Position numbers and translations under genes: made by a program. A stretch of 64,000 nucleotides of DNA from an uncultured Thermodesulfobacteriota bacterium (GTDB taxonomy: Bacteria; Desulfobacterota; GWC2-55-46; JADFVP01). The notes under the pieces are model-generated. The model searched no databases and had not been told where the DNA came from. It saw only the letters and a program-made list of their open reading frames with translations. The stretch covers positions 905-64,904 of the forward strand of contig CAYOVP010000005.1 of NCBI GenBank assembly GCA_964407495.1. The letters run 5' to 3'. Shown in pieces: positions 30,267 to 39,396 of this stretch. Every line of letters starts with the position of its first letter. Within the stretch, counting starts at the first letter, position 1.

Positions 30267-31034
30267 TCAGAGCAGGAGAGAGGTAAGGAAGTAATCGAGC
30301 ACAAAGATGAGTACCGAGGCCATTACCACGGCCTCGGTAGTGGCGTTACTCACGCCCTTTGCACCGTGTTCGCAGTGATAACCCTTGTAGCAACAGACCC
30401 ACGAGAGTATGAAACCAAAGACCAGGGCCTTTATGAGTCCACCGTACACGTCCTGGAATACGAGCGCCGATGTGGCCGAGTCCATGTAACTGCCGTGACT
30501 TATGCCCAGGAGCCCAACGCCAACGGCATAGCCGCTGAAGATACCCACCACGTCGAATATGCTCACGAGGAGCGGAAGGACCAGGATACCCGCCAGGATC
30601 TTGGGTGTAACAAGATACTTGAGCGGGTCGATGGTCATTACGTCCAGGGCGAGTATCTGCTCGGTAATCCTCATGATGCCTATCTCTGCGGTCATTGCCG
30701 AGCCCGCCCTCGCCCCCACCATGAGGGCCCCGAGCACAGGGCCCAGTTCTCTCACCAGGCCCATGGATACCGTGGACCCCAGGAGAGCCTCGGAACCAAA
30801 ACCTCGAAGTGCGTAATAACCCTGGAGCGCGAGGACCATGCCCGAGAAGGCGCCTACGAGAATGATGACAAAGAGAGACTTTACGCCGATGAAGTGCATC
30901 TCCTGCACCACGCGTCCTATTCTCAGGGGACGCTGGAAGATGGTAATGAGAAACTGGACGAAGAAGAGCACCATCCTCCCCATCTCCCTGAGGATATAAA
31001 GGGTGACCTGCCCAATGAGAGATAGTGCTTTCAA
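30267..31034 (-). CDS. mlaE: ABC transporter permease MlaE
   Basis: 255-aa multi-TM protein of the MlaE/YrbE family ('ELGPVL', 'VGARAGSAMTAEIG'). Confidence 0.85.
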   Translation of the reverse strand: MKALSLIGQVTLYILREMGRMVLFFVQFLITIFQRPLRIGRVVQEMHFIGVKSLFVIILVGAFSGMVLALQGYYALRGFGSEALLGSTVSMGLVRELGPVLGALMVGARAGSAMTAEIGIMRITEQILALDVMTIDPLKYLVTPKILAGILVLPLLVSIFDVVGIFSGYAVGVGLLGISHGSYMDSATSALVFQDVYGGLIKALVFGFILSWVCCYKGYHCEHGAKGVSNATTEAVVMASVLIFVLDYFLTSLLL

Positions 31035-31227
31035 GGTAACTGCTCCGTCTGTGATCGTGTTCTTCTAAGGGGCCGCGTCTCCACGCAGAGACCGCGGCTC
31101 CCGTTCCACAGGCATCTACCGTGCCACTGAATATATCATAACCCTTTACAAAGGTGAACAATGTAATAGGGCTTACAGGGCGTTGTCTCGAGGGTGTAAT
31201 CGAGGGTATAATTAATGGGGGGCTCGC

Positions 31228-31779
31228 TCAGTGAGAGGCCTTCTCGCCCTGCACCTTGGCACCACTATCAGGGGCCTTGCCCTGGGCACCGGCCTTTTCC
31301 ATCTCAGGGCCTGCCATCTGCCTGAATACGTCGGCGAATATCTTGACCCTGTGACGGCCAAGGTAGCAGTGGACGTAGAACTTCCTGTCGGCACCGGACT
31401 TGAGCAGATACCCTGCAAGACGGCGGGCCTGTTCAATATTCGACTCGTCCGAGAGATTCATGAAGTCCATGGGATAATTGAGGAACTCCATGCCATACTT
31501 CTCTGCCATGGCCTTTTCCTTCTCCACGAAGCCTCCCTCCACCTTTGAGTCAGGGTCCATGAGGCTAACGAGTACATCTATGTCCATGCGGTCTCGGAGC
31601 CTCTGCCACTCGGTCTTGGCCGGGTATGGCCCTATGATGACGTTCTCGGCCAGGGGTCTCACCTCGCCACGAATGAACTTGAGGGGGTAACTCTCGGGCC
31701 TGAAGGCGCTGTAGAGTCCGAAGCCGAAGAGTACTACGAAGAACAGCACAAGTAACTGGACCTTCTTTTCTGTACGCAT
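31228..31779 (-). CDS. Membrane-anchored CX5R (tyrosine/dual-specificity-type) phosphatase-like protein
   Basis: N-terminal TM helix and the 'VHCYLGRHR' P-loop (C-x5-R). Last gene of the EPS-type operon. Confidence 0.5.
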   Translation of the reverse strand: MRTEKKVQLLVLFFVVLFGFGLYSAFRPESYPLKFIRGEVRPLAENVIIGPYPAKTEWQRLRDRMDIDVLVSLMDPDSKVEGGFVEKEKAMAEKYGMEFLNYPMDFMNLSDESNIEQARRLAGYLLKSGADRKFYVHCYLGRHRVKIFADVFRQMAGPEMEKAGAQGKAPDSGAKVQGEKASH

Positions 31780-31888
31780 GATATCACCCGGACTGTCTCG
31801 ATGTTTCGTTCCAGTGGTCTCCTGACCACTGGTTATCCTGCCTCACAAGACCCGGCCCGTCCCGCTTCAAAGGCAGGCCAGGTGCGTC

Positions 31889-33610
31889 CTAAAACAGGTA
31901 GTCAAGCCCTGCCCTGTATTCCTCGTACTTGAAGCCTGCCGCGCTTGCAAGTGCGCTCCTGGCATACTTTGCCCCGCCCCTGATGACAAACCTCTCGGTA
32001 ATATGGCCCTTGACCTGGAGCGAGAGTTTAACCGTTGACTCGGTAGTGGAGTTGAAGGACTGCAGGCCCCCTGCCGCAAGGGCGTCGTACTCGATGCGAC
32101 CGCCGTAGAGCCCTCCCCTGGCCCTGCCGTAGAAGGTATGGGCAACAAAGTTCGAGGGGTCGAAGTAGCCGCTGTTGAGGTCCTGGTCAAAGTCGCGGTA
32201 ATCGAGACGGTACCCAAGGGTGAGAAGTACGCCCCGTACTTCATGGCTCTTCGAGAGGTCCAGGAAAAAGTCCTTTCTCCTGTTGCCGTCCGAGTAGTCT
32301 CCATACCTTACGCCCGTTGTAAAGTCAAGAGAGATGGCCTTTCCAGAGACATAGGCGAAGAACTCGTCTATTCTGATGTCATTTCGTATGAGTTGTGCCG
32401 TGTCCAGGAGCACGTAACGGCTGACCCCAGCGCCTGCCCTGAACCCGCCGGCCATCTCCCGGCGCAAGGATATGCCTCCCGTGACCTCGGACGTGGGATT
32501 AAGGGGGGTGTCGAGGCTGAGGAGGGAAGAGCGTAGCGCGACCGTGTTCTTCTCCAGAAACCTGTAACTCAGACGAAGGCCCAGCGACCTTGCGCGCGAC
32601 CGGTCGGTATGCCGCGAGGCCTCGAACTGCGAGAAGACAAGGTTGAGTTTCAGTTCTCTTCTTGGTGAGTAGTAGAGCCCGGCGCTGTATATCTCGAGAT
32701 GATTACTGTCCGAGTCATCGGATACGACGAAGTCGAGGCTAAGGAGGGGGCCTGTCGCGAGGTGTATCTTGTGTCTCATCTCTGCGGCCTCGGCGTTGCC
32801 GGGGTCATCGGCAAGGACGAGGCCGAGTTCACGCCTTGCGCCCTCTCTATCGCCCATCCACCAGAGTGTGCGCCCGAGGCCGAGCCTGGCCTCACTGTCA
32901 GAGGGGTCTTCCGAGAGAATGGCCCTGTACGTGGCAAGGGCTGTCCTGTAATCGCCCTTCCAGGCAAGGGTGCGCGCAAGGCCGAGCATGGCCTCCCTGT
33001 CCTTGGGATGGGTCTTGAGGGCCTTTCCATACTCCACTACGGCCTCGTCGTACTCTCCCTTCCACGAGAGTGTGCGTGCAAGGCCGAGCCGGGCCGAGAC
33101 CATCTCGGGATAATCTTTCAAAAGGCCCTCATATATCTCTATGGCCTGGTCATAGTCATGGGCCCAGGCCAGGAATCCAGCCTCTGTTACCTGGAGACGG
33201 GCCCGTTCAGGCCCCCTTTCCATGTCTTTTACATTCTCCCCGATGAGGGCCGCGGCCTCACGGTAGCGACCCTCTTCCTTGAGCGCGGCTACGCGCTCCG
33301 TCAATCCCTCTACAGGTACGGAAGGGGGCTCTCCTGTGCTCACCGGGCCGGAGCCGGCCTTGGCGGGAGAAGGCCCCTGTTCAAAAGGAACCTCCCCTGC
33401 GCCGCTATCGAGGGTATCAGTGCCTGCATCTATGACGGTGCTATCGGCCAGGGCGAGCATAGCGGCTGTTCTCGAGGCCCTCGAGGCCATTGCCATAGAG
33501 GGGCTCAAGGCCTGGCCCACGAGTATCAGCGCCCAGAGAAGGAGCGCAACACCTCCCCTTACCACGGCACACCGCAGGTCAGACTCACCCCTTGTTCCAC
33601 TCATAACCAT
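31889..33610 (-). CDS. TPR-repeat / C-terminal beta-barrel outer-membrane export protein (PgaA/BcsC-like)
   Basis: Signal peptide, at least 5 TPR units ('ARLGLARTLSWKGEYDEAV' etc.), C-terminal beta-strand-rich domain ending '...GLDYLF'. Confidence 0.6.
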   Translation of the reverse strand: MVMSGTRGESDLRCAVVRGGVALLLWALILVGQALSPSMAMASRASRTAAMLALADSTVIDAGTDTLDSGAGEVPFEQGPSPAKAGSGPVSTGEPPSVPVEGLTERVAALKEEGRYREAAALIGENVKDMERGPERARLQVTEAGFLAWAHDYDQAIEIYEGLLKDYPEMVSARLGLARTLSWKGEYDEAVVEYGKALKTHPKDREAMLGLARTLAWKGDYRTALATYRAILSEDPSDSEARLGLGRTLWWMGDREGARRELGLVLADDPGNAEAAEMRHKIHLATGPLLSLDFVVSDDSDSNHLEIYSAGLYYSPRRELKLNLVFSQFEASRHTDRSRARSLGLRLSYRFLEKNTVALRSSLLSLDTPLNPTSEVTGGISLRREMAGGFRAGAGVSRYVLLDTAQLIRNDIRIDEFFAYVSGKAISLDFTTGVRYGDYSDGNRRKDFFLDLSKSHEVRGVLLTLGYRLDYRDFDQDLNSGYFDPSNFVAHTFYGRARGGLYGGRIEYDALAAGGLQSFNSTTESTVKLSLQVKGHITERFVIRGGAKYARSALASAAGFKYEEYRAGLDYLF

Positions 33611-34997
33611 GTTTCTCCACCCTCTCCCACCTTCTGCGTCCAAACAAACTCATTACGAGCGCCTCTGTCCGCCAGAGGCTGTTCATCTGCCTGTAGCCGA
33701 AATTCTCAAGAATACCGTATATTATAAGCGTGATGAAGTCGCTCTTTCGCGGATACCTCATGTAGGTCATCTCCTCAAGGAGTATGGCGCCGGTTGAGAG
33801 AAGGACGCCGATGAGGATGGCCATGGTAAGAAAGAGGACGAAGAACCTGCCGTCAATAATACCAAGGGCAAAGCAGATTGTCACCACTACATAGCCGAAA
33901 ATTTCCACGAGCGGGCCGAGCATCTCCACGAGCAACTGGTATGGAAGGGAAAAGAGGCCAACGAGCGAGTACCTGGGGTTGAAGAGCATGCCCCTGTGGC
34001 AGAAGATGGATTGCACGAGCCCCATGTGCCAGCGCCGCCTCTGGCGGGCGAGCATCTTGAAGGTCTGCGGCGCCTCGGTCCAGCAGACAGGGTCTGGGAC
34101 AAAGAGTATCTTGTACTTTCGGCCCTTGTCCACGAAGCGCTCGTGAAGGGTGAGAATGAGGTCCATGTCCTCTGTGACCGTTCTCGTCGTGTAGCCGCCC
34201 ACCTCGAGCAGCGCCCTCTTGTTCACCACCGAGAAGGTGCCCGAGATGATGAGAAGCGAGTTGATGGCACTCCAGCCGGCCCTGCCAAAGAGAAAACTCC
34301 TCATGTACTCCACTATCTGAAAGCGTGAGAGGCTGTCTTCGGGCAGATTGAGTTCTTCTATCCTTCCGCCCCTCACCTTGCAACCGTTCAGTATCTTTAC
34401 TATGCCGCCAGTTGCGATAACGGACTTGGGGTCTTCTATGATGGCGCGCATGAGGCGCTGTATGGCCTTTTCCTCAAGGATGGAATCTGCATCCACGGAA
34501 CAGACATATGGCGACCTCGATACATTTACGCCAACGTTCAGGGAGTCGGCCTTACCGCCGTGCTCCTTGGCCACTATTGTCAGGTTGGGTATGGAAGGGT
34601 TTATGTAAAAGGCCTTGACGTCCGAAGTATCGAGTATCTTGCGGTACACGAGGTCAACGGGTTCGAGGTCAAAGGCCTTTATAAGGGCGCTGAGCGTTCC
34701 GTCCTCAGAGCCGTCGTCCACCACTACGACCTCATAATCAGGGTAGTCCTGGCGAAGCATAGCCTTTACGGTCTCGACGATATTGTCTTCCTCGTTGTAG
34801 GTGGCTATGATCATGGTGACGGGCAGGAGGAGCGATGGGTGCAGGTCGGCCTGGTAGCGGCCGTATCTAAGGCGCCTCATGTGCCTTATGATGACTATGG
34901 TTGCAATTACGAGGAGAAAGGCATAAATGAGGTTGGCCAGGCCGTAATAGGCGATTACCGCGTAATTGAACCACGTTACTATGGTGTAGGCATTCAC
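33585..34997 (-). CDS. Processive family-2 glycosyltransferase (PgaC/IcaA/NodC-like polysaccharide synthase)
   Basis: 'VVVVDDGSEDGT', 'DAD', 'QRRRW' (QxxRW) motifs with N- and C-terminal TM segments. Confidence 0.75.
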   Translation of the reverse strand: MNAYTIVTWFNYAVIAYYGLANLIYAFLLVIATIVIIRHMRRLRYGRYQADLHPSLLLPVTMIIATYNEEDNIVETVKAMLRQDYPDYEVVVVDDGSEDGTLSALIKAFDLEPVDLVYRKILDTSDVKAFYINPSIPNLTIVAKEHGGKADSLNVGVNVSRSPYVCSVDADSILEEKAIQRLMRAIIEDPKSVIATGGIVKILNGCKVRGGRIEELNLPEDSLSRFQIVEYMRSFLFGRAGWSAINSLLIISGTFSVVNKRALLEVGGYTTRTVTEDMDLILTLHERFVDKGRKYKILFVPDPVCWTEAPQTFKMLARQRRRWHMGLVQSIFCHRGMLFNPRYSLVGLFSLPYQLLVEMLGPLVEIFGYVVVTICFALGIIDGRFFVLFLTMAILIGVLLSTGAILLEEMTYMRYPRKSDFITLIIYGILENFGYRQMNSLWRTEALVMSLFGRRRWERVEKHGYEWNKG

Positions 34998-35042
34998 CGA
35001 ACATACCTCCGGTATGGGTATTTTGTCTTGCGTATCATGGAA

Positions 35043-36368
35043 TCAGGGATATCCGAGGGCCGCTCTTGCCGCCCTTCTGACCTCAGGGTCAGCGTCTGTA
35101 TCTGCCACGTTCTTTACTGCGCGTTCGAGGCGCTCCTCTCTGAAGCGGCCCAGTATGGAGACAATGACCTTCTTTGCCGCGGGAGAAGACTTTCCAAGTG
35201 CGTTTATGAGCGGTGAGAAGGCGCCGTTCCTGGCTATGGCATAGAGCGTCTCCTCGGCAAGGCCTCTCACATCCTCCCTGCCATCGTCCAGGCTCTCTAC
35301 TATGCGCCAGACAAGGCCCGAGCGCTGGAGTTCCTCCACCACCTGCTCCCTTGCGTAAGCGTCGTTCTTCTTCAATAGTACATCACGGAGGGCCTCAAGA
35401 GAGTGTTCCTTCATCATGCCGAGAGACTCGGCGGCGGCACGTCTTACCTGCCAGTTCGTGTCGAGGAGGCGCTCCTTCAACCTCCCTATGGCCTGGGGAG
35501 CGTATATGAGCCCCAGTGCGCGGGAGCACTGGAGGCGGACGAGCCAGAAGGGGTCCTCTGTTAGTATCATGAGATCTGGTATGGCCGAACGTCCCCGCTT
35601 CTGTCCCAGGGCCCTTGCGGCCTTTGCCCTTACGTCTGGCTCGCGGTCAAAGAGAGCGAGGGTGAGTTCGTCCACCACAGCAGGGTCATCGATATTGCCG
35701 AGTATCTCCACGGTCACTGCCCTTACGCGCCAGTTGCTACTCTTTAGGCCGCGCCTGATGACCCTTATAGCCGGCCGTCCGTAGGAGATGAGGGCAGACT
35801 TCACGATCCTTACGGAGACTTCCTCCAAGGGGCCGAGGCAATCGAGGAGACAACGCATGATGGCCTCTAAGCCCTTATCATCACCAAGGAGCCCGAGGGC
35901 GTAGATCGCCATATTGCGCACATCCCTCGCCTCGTCATCAAGGGCCTCTATGAGCGCCGGCACCGCCTTTCTGCATCTTATTATCCCGAGCCTCTCGGCG
36001 GCCTGGGCCCTTTTCCAGACCTTTGCGTTTCTAAGTAAATCAAGGTAATGATCGACATAGCCGAGTTGTTCGAAGATGACGTAGATACGCGGATAATGGC
36101 GGGGCTCGACAAAACTCATCTGGTCCAGGAGGGCCTCTTCAACGACAATCCAGTCGAGCGAGCCCTTTCGGGACCTTATACGTTCTATGGATAGGGTTCC
36201 TGGAAACTGAACCATGGATGTGACAACAGGGTAAAGGAGTGCGCGTTTCCTGTCGAGACGGAGAAAACGCCTGCGTCTGTAGAAACGCCTCAGAAAGGCA
36301 TAGACTATGATGAGAACAATGGAGGCGAGGATGGAGAGTATCAGGATAATAAGGGCGTGGCGGGTCAC
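35043..36368 (-). CDS. HEAT/PBS-lyase-repeat protein with N-terminal TM anchor
   Basis: Repeated 'D.D..VR..A..ALG' HEAT-like units throughout. First gene of the EPS-type operon. Confidence 0.6.
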   Translation of the reverse strand: MTRHALIILILSILASIVLIIVYAFLRRFYRRRRFLRLDRKRALLYPVVTSMVQFPGTLSIERIRSRKGSLDWIVVEEALLDQMSFVEPRHYPRIYVIFEQLGYVDHYLDLLRNAKVWKRAQAAERLGIIRCRKAVPALIEALDDEARDVRNMAIYALGLLGDDKGLEAIMRCLLDCLGPLEEVSVRIVKSALISYGRPAIRVIRRGLKSSNWRVRAVTVEILGNIDDPAVVDELTLALFDREPDVRAKAARALGQKRGRSAIPDLMILTEDPFWLVRLQCSRALGLIYAPQAIGRLKERLLDTNWQVRRAAAESLGMMKEHSLEALRDVLLKKNDAYAREQVVEELQRSGLVWRIVESLDDGREDVRGLAEETLYAIARNGAFSPLINALGKSSPAAKKVIVSILGRFREERLERAVKNVADTDADPEVRRAARAALGYP

Positions 36369-36684
36369 GGTAGGAACTCTTTAAGAGGTTGACGGGTCAC
36401 TCTCCTGTCATGATGACAGGGGTGATGGAGGATGGAAGGGTGATGACCCTTGAGGTTTGATTGCGGCAGGAGAAGGCACCACGTTTAGCCGCATTGCAAT
36501 TTTACTACACCTTCAACTCTGAAGTCAAGTGTTTTTTAAAGGATCTCTGAATGTCCGGTCACTGGATCGTACCTGGACGGGAAGGAAAAAAGCGCTTTTC
36601 TTTCTCTCTCATTTTCCATGACTTAGAGCCCTGAAAATGGCGGCCCATCCATGTACCGAAGAAGGGCCAGAACTAATATCGGAC

Positions 36685-36723
36685 TTTCCTTAAAAAGGTC
36701 TCCCCTGCCGGCAAGAAGCCGGC
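36685..36723 (-). terminator. Rho-independent terminator after the Spy-like gene
   Basis: On the minus strand, 'cccctgccggcttcttgccggcagggg' followed by 'agaccttttt'. Confidence 0.55.
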
Positions 36724-36755
36724 AGGGGAGGCAGGTAAGACAACAAGGCCGCTGG

Positions 36756-37268
36756 TCAGTCTCTCTCCCTCTCACCACGCCAGTGTTCGGCCCCAGAGAT
36801 TATCTCCAGATCAAAGGACCGGCGCTGGTCAGGGTTCAGGATATTTCTCATCTTCACGATATGGGAGTACCGTTTTGTCAGTATCTTCTCCCTTATGGCG
36901 CTTATCTCCCTTATCTTTCTCTTTATGGCTCCCATATCGGGCTTCTTAGTGGTTACGAGGTTGCGTAGTTCGGCCTTTCTGAAGGCGAGTTCTGCCCTCA
37001 GGGGCATCATGTCTCTCTTCAGCGAGAGATGGAGGGCCTCTATCTTCTCACGCTGTGTCCTGTCCAGCGAATTCTTCCAGTTGTAATGGCCTCTCATCTG
37101 ACCAAATGCGCCGCCATGGGCCCTGGTCATGGCAGAACTGTGAAGCATTACGTTCTTGTGAGACTCGGCCAGGTTCTTTCCCTCCTTCTTCTCACCCGCA
37201 AAGGTCGGCCCCGCGAGGACAAAGACCACGAGCGCCACTGCCATGGTGCTTGTTCTTATCAATCTCAT
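36756..37268 (-). CDS. Periplasmic Spy/CpxP/ZraP-family (LTxxQ-motif) stress protein
   Basis: Signal peptide and two 'L(N/D)xxQ(R/r)' motif regions ('LDRTQREKI', 'LNPDQRRSF'). Confidence 0.55.
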   Translation of the reverse strand: MRLIRTSTMAVALVVFVLAGPTFAGEKKEGKNLAESHKNVMLHSSAMTRAHGGAFGQMRGHYNWKNSLDRTQREKIEALHLSLKRDMMPLRAELAFRKAELRNLVTTKKPDMGAIKRKIREISAIREKILTKRYSHIVKMRNILNPDQRRSFDLEIISGAEHWRGERERD

Positions 37269-37440
37269 GCCACTTCTCCCCTGTCTTCTCGGTTGCTGTT
37301 GATAAAAAACCCATTCACTGCCACTGTTATTATACAAATACGGCCTGAAATGGCAATGTTTTATGCCCTATTCCATCAAAAAAAGGCCAGACGCCCCCTT
37401 GAGGGCGTCTGGCCCGGCCCATCTTCTCCAGGCTCTTGGC

Positions 37441-38454
37441 CTACCTTCTTACGGCAACCCTCGAGCCCCCTGCAAGCCTGTAAACTGCATGCCTGTTCTC
37501 GTGGACGCGCTCGGTGCGCGTATACCCAAGGGCCTGGACCCTGCCATCACATACCCTGAAGTCACGAACCACCTTTACCACGGTCTTTTCCCCCTCTCCC
37601 CTGCGCTCGAGCCTTACAGAATCACACCTGCCGGTTTCATCCCTCCCCTTGTAGGTCCCGTAGTATCTCTTGCCGCCAACGTTCTTTACAAACCCGGTCT
37701 TGAGCGCCGCTATCTCGCGGGCCGTATCCTCGAGCGTGGTCTTATACCCCGACCACCGGCCCTCGAGCTCAGTGAGCCTCCTGGCCTCGTGCCTGCTGTT
37801 TCTCACATAGTCCACGCCCTCAAGGGCTACTCCTGGGGCAAATTCTACGACGGCCTTGCCGTCATTGACGAAGTTGTAGTTCTTCATTACCTGGAACCTG
37901 CCCTCTCCCCTGGCGTCACAGGCGAGAAACCAGACCCCCTCGGTTCCGCTCAGAAGTAGGTACCTGAAGGCCTCGAGCGCGCTTACCTCGGTAAGGCGGC
38001 TGAATCTCCCGTACTTGCGGGGGATTACGTACAGGAGACGCGCGCCGCGGTGAAGACAGGCAAGTGTTGCGGCCTCGAAGACATCGAGGGCGGAATACCC
38101 CGTAGATGATGGCATGAGCGGGTCCCTCGTGAGTTGCACGGCGCCCTGGTCAAGAAAAGAGAGCGGCCCTGCACCCGGGTCCACCCCTATCATGGGCTCC
38201 TCGGCATGCTCCACCATGAAGCCATGGAGGCTGTCCTCGCCGCCGCCCTCATAGGTGCCAAGTACCCTGTAACCGTCACTTGCCGCAAACCCGCCGTGCC
38301 CGATGACAAAACTATGCCTCCTGTCCACGCTATAGACGGCCTCCACGCCCGGCATCTTGGCAAGGGTTGGTCTCTCTGCCATGGCAGAAGCCGGCAAAAG
38401 ACCGAGCCAAGCGGAAAAAAGGAGTATCAGACTGAGCATCAGGGTATTGATCAT
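37441..38454 (-). CDS. Secreted hypothetical protein
   Basis: Signal peptide 'MINTLMLSLILLFSAWLGLLPASAMA' with a GGAGGA RBS. No family recognised. Confidence 0.4.
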   Translation of the reverse strand: MINTLMLSLILLFSAWLGLLPASAMAERPTLAKMPGVEAVYSVDRRHSFVIGHGGFAASDGYRVLGTYEGGGEDSLHGFMVEHAEEPMIGVDPGAGPLSFLDQGAVQLTRDPLMPSSTGYSALDVFEAATLACLHRGARLLYVIPRKYGRFSRLTEVSALEAFRYLLLSGTEGVWFLACDARGEGRFQVMKNYNFVNDGKAVVEFAPGVALEGVDYVRNSRHEARRLTELEGRWSGYKTTLEDTAREIAALKTGFVKNVGGKRYYGTYKGRDETGRCDSVRLERRGEGEKTVVKVVRDFRVCDGRVQALGYTRTERVHENRHAVYRLAGGSRVAVRR

Positions 38455-38801
38455 CACGAGCCTCCTCCAAGTAGAATCGCCGGCAGGGCCTGCCGGCCTC
38501 GACACATGGATGTTGCACAGTCTGTGCCAAGGGGGCCTTATTGGCCAACCCCTTGTAAAAAAAGAACAAAATATTGCAGGGGCCTTGCTCTCCCAAAGCA
38601 TGTGTGGGCGCTTTTGGTATGCCCCGAAAGAGGAATGGGGCCGCTTGCGCCGCAAAAAAACACCCCTGCCCGCTCCTTGTGCTCCTCTACGGCATGAAGT
38701 GTGCGTTTTTGACCATGGGCGGTATCGGCACGCAGGGTGCCCGCCCCCCCTATCAGCCGATTCCTGTTGACCACGCGTCCCCAGGGGATATAATGTAAGG
38801 A

Positions 38802-39164
38802 GTGCACATGGAGGTAAACCGCTACCAGGGGGTTAGAGGCATGGAGGAGCGCAGGGAAAAGGAGCGAATAAGCACCAGAAGGAACGTGCGCTATGGCACG
38901 ACAGACCCACCAGGGCACATCTCCTTTATCACAGACCTATCAGCCAGGGGGCTCTGCATACACTCCAGCAAGGTCTTTGCCCCTGGCACCAGGCTCTTTC
39001 TCCAGATAGAGAGCGCGAAGGGGCCCCTTCGCGCCGAGGGAGTGGTCGTCTGGGCGAGAAAGAGCCCTCCTCACCTCGTGCGCCACGTCCTGAGCGGCAT
39101 GGGCGTACGCTTCACGAGTATAGACAAGGATGCTCTCGAGGCCCTGGGGTGCCTGGGGCCATGA
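38802..39164 (+). CDS. PilZ-domain protein (putative c-di-GMP receptor)
   Basis: 'RREKERISTRR' (RxxxR) and 'DLSARGLCI' (D/NxSxxG) motifs. Confidence 0.6.
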   Translation: MHMEVNRYQGVRGMEERREKERISTRRNVRYGTTDPPGHISFITDLSARGLCIHSSKVFAPGTRLFLQIESAKGPLRAEGVVVWARKSPPHLVRHVLSGMGVRFTSIDKDALEALGCLGP

Positions 39165-39396
39165 AGACTCGGCCCAGGGGAAGGTGAAGAGACGGATTTT
39201 TTCCTGCCTCCCGAGGGCCTGTCTCCCGCCAAGTCAGATCTCCCCTATTTCAGGCGCCCGCCTCGGTCGCCCTTTCAGGGACTTCCCTTTGGCCGCCAGA
39301 GACGCAGGAGGCCTGCGGTGACGAGCGTCCTTCTTTCCAAAGCATCACTACTGTGCTATTATTGAACAATACGCTTTCACCTGAAACGTCCTTGCC

